A stretch of 64,000 nucleotides of DNA, from NCBI GenBank assembly GCA_905331295.1, contig CAJNYD010000017.1, forward strand, positions 62,001 through 126,000, in the 5' to 3' direction. A model generated the notes under the pieces. The model worked only from the letters and a program-made list of their open reading frames with translations, was not told the origin of the DNA and searched no databases. Source of the stretch: Rotaria socialis. Taxonomy: Eukaryota. Made by a program: the position numbers and the translations under genes. Positions 1 through 12,390 of this stretch are shown piece after piece (positions within the stretch are counted from its first letter, which is position 1; the number at the start of each line of letters is the position of its first letter).

Positions 1-839
1 GATTTGGTATAAGATGGAGAGGCGCTGGCCCGTGTTCACATATAGATTACAATGATTCTTTCCACGTAGTTAAGAAGAAAAAAAAATCATCATCATACAA
101 TCGTGTTGCACAATTTTATTCGATTCAACACCTTGAATAATTTTCATACGGTGATCGTCTTTGTACAATGCATCGCATGGAAATGCATTCAGTGATAGAA
201 CTTTAAAAATCAACATGTTAAGATTTGAACCCTTTTTCTGCCGTCGATTTCAATTGTGAAGAGTCGTGATACTAGCAAAATAAATAAATTACTCAGATGG
301 TTAGGCCAATATAGAGAGGATGAATGGCTCCAGAAACTGCAGCATTTGTCAAAGTTTCAAAAAATTAATCATTAATAAAAATTTTTAGTTATTTATTGTC
401 GTTTTCGATAGTTTTACAAATTTCTAATTCTAGCTTTTTAATTTATCACAATTCAGTTTCTAGTGTGTACGATGGTAGAGAATTGCATGTTTGATTACGC
501 TATGCATTTGATTTTGAAGTAATTTGTATTTTCTATTCAAATACGGATGGGAAATTGAAAAAAAAAAGAATACAGAATCTTTATTTAGAAGAATTTGAGA
601 AGAAAACCATTATCATCGTGCAAGAATTTTTTTAACAGAAGGATATAGCGCAATATGTTCGTATATGAATTTGTAGAGAATTTTAAGTAGTATCAAACTA
701 CGAAGTTAGTTTCTCAAAAGTACTAGTTGTTACTCACGAAACAATAACAATATCGGATAAGTCAATTTTTTACAGATGGAAATTTTTGATGAAAATGTTA
801 AGATTTTTTCCTAAGCCAAAATATAATCTGTCAAACTTT

Positions 840-1420
840 TGAGAACATCATTCGATACATTTTGATGTGCTCTTTCAAATGAGACTACTTTCAGTGGATA
901 CAATCTCACTGATCCGACTAAGTTGCCCAAAATACGTGAGCATGCTTTCTGAAAATGAAATATAGTGCCAATTAAAATTTATTCCTGGGTGTGGCACTTT
1001 TACAGGTTTCAAAAGATAGCCGGTAATCGATAGTATCTTTGATGAAAAAATTTCAGCTATATCTCTTGTAACTTGAGAGACAATGAAAATATACTGAAAA
1101 GTACTGCAGTAAAAGAAACGTCTGATTTTGATTGAGTACCCATACTTTCAAGTGGTATATCTCGAGAATGGCTCATCCGTTTGAGATAAAACTTTTGGTT
1201 TATTCCTAGCTCGGATGTAGGTATCTACTGTAGAAATATCAGCCAAATCCGTGAGATCAATTGAGCAAGGTTCTGCTGAAAACGGTCGTGGTTTAGATGC
1301 AATGCGTACTACGGGGAAATGAAAAAAATATTCTCTCAAGATACACTGTAAATTAGTTGAATATTTTAGTACGATAATTATATTGGAAGCCAACATTTTT
1401 CTGTTTTGTATGTTCCACTC
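840..1420. repeat. Probable degenerate DNA-transposon-derived repeat fragment
   Basis: Contains motifs often seen in invertebrate non-autonomous elements (ATATCTCGAGAATGGCTCATCCG, TATATCTCTTGTAACTTGAG) and a small inverted repeat AGTGCCA...TGGCACT. Boundaries not defined. Confidence 0.3.
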
Positions 1421-3215
1421 CGAACTTATTATGAAATCAATGTTTACTTGGCAGACTCTAAAATATGAATTTTATCAAAAACAAAAAAAAACATCTTTTA
1501 GTAGAAATTCTAACACAGAATAAAACTTAATAAGTATATTCGATCCTACATGTCTGAAATTCAAACACTTAAATTAGTAGAAATTTAATGAGTGACTGAG
1601 AAATCAACAAATCATAATCAATTTTATCTTTCGGTTCTCAAAAAATGATTCTTTATTAGATCGAAATTGAAGATACCGACATTTTCTCAGACTTCTGACA
1701 GAATTTCTTCAACATTGTAAAGAAATTTACTTCCGATCAAAACTGTATAAGTATAAAGTTTAAGGATCCAAATGTTTAATTTGAATTAAATTAAAAACAG
1801 ACAATGGAATTTCTCTTCGAAGCATTTGCTTGAAATCAATTGAAACATGTTTGAGAAATGTTTTCTTTTTAATTTGTAAAACCAGCTTTTGTTTTGCCAA
1901 GAAAAATTTAGTGAAAAAACAAATGCAATAGTACTCTTGAGCAACACATCATCGATCGAATGATTTGCTACAACTAATTTCGGATTATCTTGTTTAATTT
2001 ATACGATCCTTTATATTAAATTTGTGAAGAATTTCACGACATTGAAGCTTAATTAATTGAAGATTAAATAGCTCCGCAGTGTTTACGTTGGATGATAGCA
2101 TCAATTAGAAGTTAATTGAAAAAAATCTAATGGAAATACATTAATTACTTAGGGAAAATATTTAAATATTAGACATCTATCCAGTCGTAAATAGTCACAT
2201 AATTACAAAATTTTTAATTATTATCAATGATAGATATTATTACTTCCTGGGATAATTTTAAGCTAAAAATATATTGGCTTACTTGAATCAAGCACATAAA
2301 ATAATGAATTGCTTTTTCTTTAAATTATAATTGACGGATATTAAAAACAAGAAAAAACTATGAATATCATTTATACTATCAGAAAAGCTAAAAACAGCGA
2401 CAAGGATTTCAACATTAGACATTTTAATGAAAGCCGGCTTTCAATGCTTATATATCTATGATTTCATCGTTATCGTAATCATATAATATGTAGTAGTCCT
2501 GTAACAATCAAAGCATTTCGTCGGAATTTTACTTATAAAGATTATTCCCTCTAAGATATATGTCTATGATAACACATTGAAACAGATGGTTTGATATTTT
2601 ACAATATCAATCATGTGACATAGAGTCACATGACTGAATGATTATGAATAACCAATGACGTACTATAATATTTTGTAGCTAGAATGCATTGATAAACAAA
2701 TGGCGACTCTTAGTCATTGAGTCACAACATTCGAGGCAATGCAATTTATATTCATCAATGAATAGTCTCCGTTTTTTTATTGGGCAAACGAAAATGCTAT
2801 AAAACATCTATAAAGCATGAGTTAGAGTTTGTGTTTTCTTTCTCATTTAAGAAACAATATCATTACAAGCAAAAACCTGTACATATCCATGACAATATCA
2901 AATAAAAATACATTATACACTACATTGCTGGTTATTACATCGTTCCAATCAAGAAGATAATTGTTTGAATACTAAAAGGTTCATAATCGATAGCAAACGA
3001 CGATAACATTCAAGACTATTTATGATCTTTTTGTGAGAAAATAATTCGATGATTATATGCAATATTTATATTTTACAATAGACTACTCATAGTCGAAGCA
3101 TTACCGTGAGTGGTTAAGTCGTTCAATTATTTAGCTGTTTGTCTTTGTGTATATGCATAGAATTATTAGGTAATACAAAAAATATATTTCTTTTTTCACT
3201 GAAAAGACAATAAAA

Positions 3216-3731
3216 CTGCCATCCTATAATGGCCGATTCACCTTTAAAAGGTTCAACCATATCCTTGGTAATCCATCCACCATAGAATTGACCTGGTTGT
3301 GGTACAACACGTTCACCATCAACATAACATTCATCCATTGGACCAACGTAAATAGCAACATGATCTTTAATGGAAGAAAACTCAGGTCCTGTTGGTTTCG
3401 AATAATACCAAGCTACGTTTTCTGCTTGTTTACCATTAACTTCAATTGTATAATAATTTGCCACAAGTTTCTATTCGCAATACAATGTTCTTCTGTTCGA
3501 CGTAGGTTTCAAAAATTCTTTTAAACGAATATCTTCGAGTGGTAAATAGTAAGCTGGCGGATGACTTGTTTCTAATAGTCATTTAACACGTCGTGTATCA
3601 GTTATTACGACACCGCTAATTATAGCTTCAATATGTTCAGATGTATTTTCCACACGAGGTGGTCGAGGATAATCCCATACAGATTCTTGACCAAGAGCTG
3701 GTGGAATACGACGAGCGGTGGCAAACGACAT
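3216..3731 (-). pseudogene. DUF427 (NTP_transf_9) family pseudogene, bacterial-type, intronless
   Basis: One frame from ATG 3731: MSFATARRIPPALGQESVWDYPRPPRVE...DTRRVK*LLETSHPPAYYLP...LYCE*KLVANYY...AWYYSKP...CYVDGERVVPQPGQFYGGWIT...PFKG...GW. These match bacterial DUF427 motifs (ESVWDYPRPP, RVLETSHPP, CEWKG, QPGxFYGGWIT). In-frame stops: TGA 3579-3581 and TAG 3471-3473. The codon after the terminal GW (3216-3218) is CAG where a stop is expected. Confidence 0.85.
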
Positions 3732-4127
3732 TTTTTGTTGTTTGAGAAAATAACGCCACAAAAATCGCATTAAAATATGCGCAGCACAGGCAGAAAAATT
3801 TAATTGACTGAAATTTTACAGATCTATTTTTCTCAGCATTACCATTTTCTCGTATGCAACGAATAGAATGATCTTTCTCGAACTAAACATATTTATTATT
3901 ATTTTTTGTTGTGAAGAAAGTTTGTTACATAACTCCTTTTTTTCTTCTTGTACTTTGAGTGTCATATCTGTCTATCTGATTCACCATCGACGCCAAAAAA
4001 AAAAGAATTTCTATTATAAATATTCGCTCGAAATAATAATATATAGTATCCCCCTTGTTCAATTTCATGTAGCTAAATAGTTACCTATTACGGACCACAT
4101 CAAAAAATAGAAACTAATGTATACCGT

Positions 4128-4130
<3 letters not shown>

Positions 4131-4161
<31 letters not shown>
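4131..4161. repeat. (AT)n microsatellite
   Basis: Directly visible. Confidence 0.95.
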
Positions 4162-4164
<3 letters not shown>

Positions 4165-4429
4165 GCAATACCTAATGTCACATACGATCATTGAATACTT
4201 GGTTATTTCGAATCGAACTACTATGTAATATCATTTTTATCAAATCAATCAATTTGAAACAGCTGTTTCGAAACTCACTTGTTGAGAAACAATCAAAATT
4301 AGTAAAAAGAAAAGATAAATGCAAAACAATACAACGAAATGATCAAACTCATAAAACATAACTAAACTTTTATTCTTAGTTTTGAGTTTATTACCTAAGT
4401 ATAATAATAACAATGAAAAACAAAACATA

Positions 4430-4759
4430 TTATGGTGGTGGAGCTTTATTAATGCATAGTGGTTTCAATTTCGTGAATATATCTAATGTTGTTAATTTAG
4501 AAGCTTTGAAAATTGCTTTGGATGCATCAATAAATTCTACTGTAATAATTGGCTCCGACAAGTCCGATTTTATTGTTGGTTTAACAAACATTTTTGGGTA
4601 ATACTTAGCAACAGAATCATCCGTAATAATATGTAAGAAGTCTCTTGTTGCTCGTGAATCATGACGCCATGGATCGAACGTGACAAGAACAGTACGAATA
4701 GCGTGCAAATCAAATGTTGGTAAAATATGTTTAATTTCTCGAGATAACCAATTAGACAT
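4430..4759 (-). CDS. MRPL53: Mitochondrial ribosomal protein L53 (mL53)
   Basis: Intronless 109-aa ORF. The pattern V-x-FDPW...ATRDFL...KSDLSEPIITVEF.D...IFKASKLTTLDI resembles the mL53 family (FCPF...STRxFL...SEPxVxVxF...LTxLE). Confidence 0.75.
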   Translation of the reverse strand: MSNWLSREIKHILPTFDLHAIRTVLVTFDPWRHDSRATRDFLHIITDDSVAKYYPKMFVKPTIKSDLSEPIITVEFIDASKAIFKASKLTTLDIFTKLKPLCINKAPPP

Positions 4760-5959
4760 TGTTTTGAGTTCTAAAATGAATTCAAATAGCTATAGTGCAG
4801 AAATTTATTCATAAATAAGCAGAAATAAACAACAGAGATAACAACCAATTATATTAGAAATACTATTAGTGACATCAAGGATGACGCACTTTGACGGGAA
4901 GAGGTTTGTTTTCAATGTAATAGGTTTTATTTTAATTACACAAAACTGATAGCAATGAAAAAGAAACCGTCATGTTAGACATTACACTTGAGCTAATTGA
5001 CCATTGATGAGAAACTGTATATAAAATGTCATAGGCAATTATAGTCATATTTCACTATAAAACTATGACTTAGTTAGATTTGAAAATATGTAAAAACGAA
5101 AGTACATTTTTTTCTTGACAGGAACTCCTGTTTCATATAATGCTCCTTTTATTCAACTTTCACAATTATTGACGTAATATTTATAGGAAAATTTTAAAAC
5201 AAATGAATTTTACATCCAAACTTCGAACTATAAATAGATATCATAATGTTTAATATAAATTCGATGGCTCTTCAGTATTTATTATGGCCAGAAGAAATTT
5301 TAGATATTTACTACATCATATAAGATCTATTTACAGATCATACTTGAGAGTTAAAAATTGTTTTCTCTTGATGTATCCTATGAATATTCCGATAGCTCAC
5401 CAGAACATTCATAATTTCATAGAAAAAAGTGAATCGCGACAGAATTCTTCCGGAGTTCTTCTCTTATGACTAATATATTACTTCGACTGGCTATTACTAA
5501 TACAACGTTTCATCGTCAGAAGAATGTTCAAACCATTGATCCTATTTACATTTCATTATAATCTTAAAGAAATTAAAGAATACATTAGCCTTTCAGCCAT
5601 CATATATATATATATATATTCTTCAGTGGTGGTTTTGCATTAAGTAAAGAAAAAAAAACTTGATCAATATATTGTTTTTTCCTTCTTTCTTCGAAAAAAA
5701 GATATTTTGCATCGTGTACATTTGATTTTTTTGCTCGCTGCATCCGCACTTCATTAACGTATCCATATGCAATCGTGATGGGCAGAATTGTAAGTTTCCA
5801 GCGCATAAGTACATCCATTTCTTTCGACATCTATCCACTGATAATATGTACTGGTTCGTCGCTCCATCCTCAATGCATGAGAAGGACACGATCCGAAAGG
5901 CAATAGAACCTATTATCTTTGCAGCACCAATGCTTTCATCACTCCACATCTGTTTCCCT

Positions 5960-6608
5960 TCGCGCGCTCGCACACTCGATTGCGGCGCCGACAAAAATTC
6001 TCTCGTTCCACACACACACATATACATCTTTTTTTCTTCTTCGTCGTCGTCTTTCCCGTCATCATCATGAAACATACAAAAAATAGGTCGATGCTCTACG
6101 TTTTTTTTTTCTTCTTCGTTCTTATATATGACCAGTAAGTAAATTCTCCTAATCTAGTCTGACTAGATGCATATCATTCAGCAAAAAAAAAAGGAAAGAA
6201 AGAAAGACCTTCATCGCGTTTTACATACAAAATCTAACGACAACATTAGATAAGATTCTTGTTAAATGCATTATGCCACTAAAAACTAATAAAATATATT
6301 TATAGATCAATATAACTCGAGATTGTAAAATTTGACATAATCATGTGAGATAAAACGAAATCTTCTAAAGGTTTCTCATCACGGTACCACTACATATCTA
6401 TTCTTATGTGTATACGGAGTGTACTGATGATGACGATGTGCGTGTATTCTTCTCTTATTCTCTCTCCGTCTCGTTTTTTTTAATTTTATTTTCTCTTGTT
6501 CGTCTATCCAACGAACGTAGATGAAGAGAGAAGAAAAGAAATAGAAATAGTGTCGTTATTCAGACTCTTAGTTGCCCGATTACTTGACATTCTCCTTTTT
6601 TTCTTCTT

Positions 6609-6653
<45 letters not shown>

Positions 6654-7100
6654 GTTTCGCTCTCGTTCGTGAATGAATAATAAATAGAAATATAGAACAT
6701 CGACGTCGACGATAGCTTCAGGCTTGAAATACTATATCTTCTAGGCGTTCATCGTCGTCTTTGTCGGCGACGTTGAAGAAAGCGAGAGAAAAAGAGAGAG
6801 AAGAAAAAGAAAAAATAAGAAGAAAAATGCGAATGCATGCATGCAATACACAACTTACACATAGAGAATAGGAAAAAAAGAAAAGAGAAAAGGGGGCTGT
6901 TTGCTCGCTCGCTCGTCTATCGTGCGCGATTCATTTTTGCGAACAAGCGCGCAAGCACAAATGGCCATGTATGTATCACGATGGGATGCGGGACGTAGCA
7001 TGGAAGAGAAAGGTGGGGAGGGAAGGGGAAAGAAGGGAGAAGCGAGAGAAGTAAAAAACATAGAGAGCGAGCGCATACACGAGCAAAACGATCGTGTCAT
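5960..7100. promoter_or_regulatory. CpG- and GA/CT-rich non-coding island between divergent MRPL53 and EPC
   Basis: Locally elevated CG/GCGC content and long purine/pyrimidine tracts, with no credible protein. Lies 5' of both genes. Confidence 0.35.
6609..6650. repeat. (CT)n microsatellite
   Basis: Directly visible. Confidence 0.95.
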
Positions 7101-7406
7101 TTTAGAGTCTCCTATCTACTGTTACTGTTGATCATTGACAGTACATAGTATTGGTCTAGGAAAGGAAAAAAAATACTATTAAGAAAAAAACACACTTGAA
7201 TCTTTTTAAATTAACTAAAATAAATATTGTATGTGCTCGCAACAAGCTCGTCGAGAATGATTTTAATTTTTTTCCTCATTTTCTTACTATAATTTATATA
7301 TTTATAGAGCACAAAATTGCACAGCAAATACAGTCAGCTATATAGACGACGTTAGAGGACAACATATAGTCATCACTATTACTACTCCAATCTTTTGTGC
7401 ATTATG

Positions 7407-7438
<32 letters not shown>

Positions 7439-8691
7439 CAGAACATCTATTAATCACTCTATATACTTCAAGACTCGTTCTCGTTTTCTTTTGTATGTTC
7501 TTTACATCTAATAGCATACTAACCATCAGCAGGAGGTATAGAGCAAGACAAAAAAAAGGAAGAAGAAGAAAAAATTTGGTTTTGTTGTTGACTGGTTTTT
7601 CGTTTATTGTTTCTCTTTTGTTCATGAGAATGAGAATGAGAACAAGTAAGAAATAATAAGACAGTAAAAATCATAAATACAAACATTTTGACTTTTTTTT
7701 TTCTTTAGTTTTAGTTCTTTGACCTTCATGTTCTAGTTTTTAGATAATTCTAAGATAAGATTTCTCAAAAGATAAACTGAGAGAATCTAAATTCATTATA
7801 TTCTCATGAAATATCCTTTAATTAGTTCGTTCTACAAATAATTTTATGTTTATTGCTGCTTAGCGTACATTTTTCTTACTTTTTTTCATAATGTTATTAC
7901 ATAATCATATGAAAATAGTTCACTGTCGCCCCTATTGGCCTTGGTAGATGTCATATTTTATACATTACGAATGAAGATTGAAATGAATCCAAGTTATTTT
8001 AACAGTTATTGTTTTCGTAAGTGTTTTTTCACTCTTCCTCCTACGTTTTTCGTATCATTAACAAATGATTATCATTTTTTGTTTTGTTCGTCATCATAGT
8101 AGTAAAAAAACGAATGACGACGTGGCATATGATAGTAAAAAGAACGAAAAAAAATGACTCTTTCTTTCTTTCTTTCTTCATTTGTCCGATATATAAAAAG
8201 CGAGTTCTTTTTTATTTGATCGACGTACTCATCTGACCTTTTTTTTTGCTTTCTTCGTTCTTGCTTTTTTTCTCTTATAGATCAAGAATCACAAGTTAAC
8301 CGTACTCGTCGAATTTCCTTTTTTTCTTTATCTAGGTGTAAACACTCCTTGAAACATGCGAATATCAAACAGACATATTTTCTCTGTATTTCCGTCATTT
8401 AAATATTATTCAGCCTGTCTATTAAAGAACAACAAAAACAAAACAAAAAAAGAAAGAATAACTTAAGCACGTGATTTTTATCATTGTTTAAGCGCGCCTA
8501 TGTGTAGAAAGAACAAAAGGAGAGCGTGTATATTCTTCGATAGTCTAACTAGCTCATTCATCATCCGAAAATCGGTGAAGAGAACGTCTTAGTTTGTATT
8601 GTTTTCAGTCAGTTATACGTACAAACAAGCGCATAGGTTTATTCGTATTAAAGAAGAAAAAAGAAAATCGATTGTTATGTTTCTAGATTCG

Positions 8692-11600
8692 ATGAATCGT
8701 CCTCTTTTTCGAGCACGAAATCTTGATCCTAGTAAACGTATACGACTATTTGTCGATCAACATGATGATAACAATAATACACTCACGAATTCATCATCGT
8801 CAACCACAACCACAGTAGCAGCAGCAGCAGTTACAGCAACATCATCAACATCATCAACAACAACAACAACAACAACAACAGCAACAGCGACAACAACAAC
8901 AGCAGCAGCAACTCAATCAGCTTCTAGTAATAATCTTCTTGAGTATCTTTCGTCCACATCTAATCTTCAAACATTTCAACAAAATTCATCATCCTCTGCG
9001 TCATTGTCAAATGCACAATTACCACAACGATGTGTACCACAAATGCCATTCGTATCGGGAATGGAAAGAGAAGAAGAATCGGTTCGAATATAACAATAAG
9101 AAAAAATAAGAGAAAGTTAAATTCTTATTACTATTTTATTAATAGGAATATCATCTTCAAAATGCTCTTGATGCTCAAAGACGTCTTGGTTCAGCTAAAA
9201 TTCGTGCTGTACCAATCCCTGATTTATATGAAGATCCAAATAGTCAATCCATATATCCTGCAAATATTGAATTACCTAAACAACTTATTCGTTTACAACG
9301 TATATGCAATTTTTGTTGTAGTTTATTTTCCAATAAAGCCTTGTTTTTTAGCTTTACAACTTGAATCTGATGAACCTGAATATGATATGGATAGAGCCGA
9401 TCATGAGTGGTTTAATGAATATGGTCGAGTATCTTGTCCAAATCTTACACATCTCGAATATGAAATCATTATTGATAAACTTGAGAATGCAAGTACACGA
9501 ACACTTATTTCATACGATGAAGCACGTACATTACTTTCCAATATTGATGAAATATATTTGAAAACGGTTTATGACTTTTGGCATAAACGTCGAACAACAC
9601 GGGTACATTTTTTTAAATTGAATTTTTCTTTTAAAAAAATAGATTTTAATATATTAGATTTTTTATTTCACTATAAAAGATCTTGTATATTAACTATTTT
9701 TTTGATTTACAGAGGTCTTTGTTCCTATTGATTAATAGAGTCATATATATAAGTTCATGGCATTATTTTAGTTTTCGTTTTTCTTTCCTTTTTACCAAAA
9801 TTAATTAGGATAAACGATTGAAACCAAGATTGCTGACAGAACGTGATATTAAAGAAGAAAAAGGCAAACATCATCCTTATGTGGCATTTAGACGAAGAGT
9901 TGAAAAAATGACCACAAGAAAAGTATGAAACGAATTATTCAAAATATCAAGTATTCTAATAGCGATTTTGTTTGTTTGCTTTAAAAGAATCGTAAAAACG
10001 ATGAGCAGGCATATTTGTCTATGCTCAAGTTGCGTTCCAATTTTGAAGCCGTCGTGTATGTTTAATCGAAATTGTATTTAACATAGAGATTGATTTCACC
10101 TTTTTCTTTTATCGTAGCAAACTCACAAGTATGATCAAAGTTCGGGAAGCAACCAAAGCATCATTGTTGGAATGTGCACTTTCAATTTTTAAAGCACGGT
10201 ACGCAACCTGCACATCTTCCGGTGGCAACCGGAGAGTCTCGTTTAATGAGCTCTGTGTGTTGTCTACCTTTCTATTCTATATACTCGTCCAGATGTGAAT
10301 CGAAGCCCGACGACGAAGCATCGACGACTAACTCATCTATCACACAGCCGACAAATCACGATCGACATTCTCATCATCATCATCATCATCGTTCCAGTTT
10401 AAAAACATCTTCATTGTTGAACAGTAGTAGTAGTTTAACAGCTGCACAGCATCAACAATTGTTGACACAATTGATGCGCATTGAAAATCATAAAAAGACT
10501 CAATTGTCATCATCAACATTAGCTAGTCTACTTCAAACACCTATACAATCACGATCATTATCGAATGATTCGAATGATTCTTTACAACCGAAATTAAAAC
10601 GGTTTAAAGCATCTGATTCTTCGATGAATAATAATAATAATTTATCGTCGAAAAAACTTTTGAAAAAATTGAATAATGTAAGTTAGCAGCTTAGTTTTCA
10701 CTATTGAAAGGATTATTAATCATTATTCTTTTTAGACGGATAAATTAACTCAATTGTTGTCATCACCAACTACACCATCATCCCCTACTGTACATAATTT
10801 GGCATTGCCACAATCTATACTCGAACGACTTTCACCAGGAAACGCATTTTCATCTCAATTACAACAACAACAACAACAACCTGGTAAACGACGTTCAAAA
10901 AATTCTCTAACAGGGACAGTTAAACAAGGCAAAAACCATCGAAATCTTCCACTAGCAGATTTATGGTCCTTGACAGAAAATACACCAGGTGGTGCAATTT
11001 TGCTTAAAGCTCAACTTCTTGAAGCAGCAAAAAAATTGCAGCAGAAAGAGGTAAAATTGGATTGAAAAAATTAATAAAAATATGTAATCATTAATAATAA
11101 AATTATTTGTCTAGGAGCTTGATAATAACACAAATCGTCGTGTTATTTTGCAAGATGGTTCATCTATATTATCTAATTCAAATGAGAACATAAATAATTC
11201 ATTTGATGGAATTGGAACGAGTATTGATGATGAAGAATCTGCTGACCCTTGGCAATTCCGGCCTAAAGCTGGATGTAGATATCTAAGGGTATGATGATTT
11301 TATGGATTTATTGACTAATTGGGAGATTTTACTTTTCAAAATAGCCAATTGATCAAGATCAACAACAGCATGTTCTACCTAGACGTTCAACGTTTTCATC
11401 GTTTTGTTTTGTGGCTTGTTCTGAACGAGGTCATCTTGGCAAACGACGTGTACGCATGGGACGGGGTGGAAGGTACATATAACAAAAATTGTTTTAGTTT
11501 TTTTTTTTTTGTTTCAAATAAAGCAAATAAATTATTGTTTCCTTTTTTACAGACTTCTCTATGATCGTCATATTGAACAGGAGAATAAAGATTTAACAGA

Positions 11601-12390
11601 TGATACATTTCTGTCATCACATATCACAGACAAGTATGTATTAAATCAAAAGTATGTTTATAGTTCTTTTGAATATTATAATTGACTTTTTTTTCGTTAC
11701 TTCATTGATACAATTAGACCCGTGTTATGGTGTCTTTCATCTCGACCATCACTTAAAGAATCCTATCATCTTCATTCACATTTAACCGTTAAAGATCATA
11801 CGATGTCATTAGCACAACATTTCCAATCGAAATCATCATCTAATTCGTCGATTTACTTAAACGATACTGTATCATTGAATACTGCCGGTAAACATCGACC
11901 ATCATTTTCTATTGAACTTGATCATCCATATTCATGTTCATCACGTCGTGTTAATCAAGCTTTATATACATTAAGCGAACCACAACCACCATCACCATCG
12001 TCACCATCTCCATTAACATCATCAAATTCCATATCTACATCACAACAGATGATGTTAATATCAACACCGCCGACACCACCTTCATCGACGCTAAATAACA
12101 ACGATATGGATACTTCACAACAGGAACACGTCGACGAACAACAACAATTCTTCAGTAAATCGTCGTCAACATATGTTCTTTCTCCAACAACACCCGTTTT
12201 TCCTTCACATCATCCGTCATATGTTATTCCTTCTACACCTCTACCACCAACATCACCATCAACAACACCAACAAAACAAACACCATCATCATGTGGTCTT
12301 GTACAATTAGTTCAGCTTCATCGTAAACATCCTCCAACGAAGACCCATAAATTCACATCATCAACACCGGTGACTACATCCGATTCTTGA
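8692..12390 (+). CDS. EPC1: Enhancer of polycomb homolog (NuA4/Tip60 subunit), multi-exon
   Basis: EPcA motifs: FRARNLD, VPQMP..GMEREEES|EYHLQ (intron 9082-9145), PEYDMDRADHEW, EIIIDKLE, VYDFWHKRR, HPYVAFRRRVEKMTTRK|NRKNDEQAYLSMLKLR. Late EPC motif GKRRVRMGRGGR|LLYDR. Low-complexity S/T/P/Q last exon ends at stop 12388-12390. Confidence 0.9.

Noticed and set aside
1900..2900. Coding-like decayed sequence and hairpin CATGTGAC...GTCACATG (~2612-2632)
   Set aside because: No identifiable family; a short palindrome is expected by chance or from an unidentifiable relic.
3471..3581. Stop-codon reassignment or selenocysteine in the DUF427 frame
   Set aside because: Two different stops at Arg and Trp positions, each one transition from the expected codon, with other degenerative changes. 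Neighbouring genes use standard stops.
3123..3770. Bacterial contamination or chimeric contig
   Set aside because: Base composition matches the host, no adjacent bacterial genes, and the gene is degraded. Not fully excluded without long reads.
5600..7625. ORFs 5623..6075, 6855..7100, 6901..7131, 7338..7625 and similar
   Set aside because: Products of GA/CT/CA low-complexity tracts with no recognisable domains or splice continuity.
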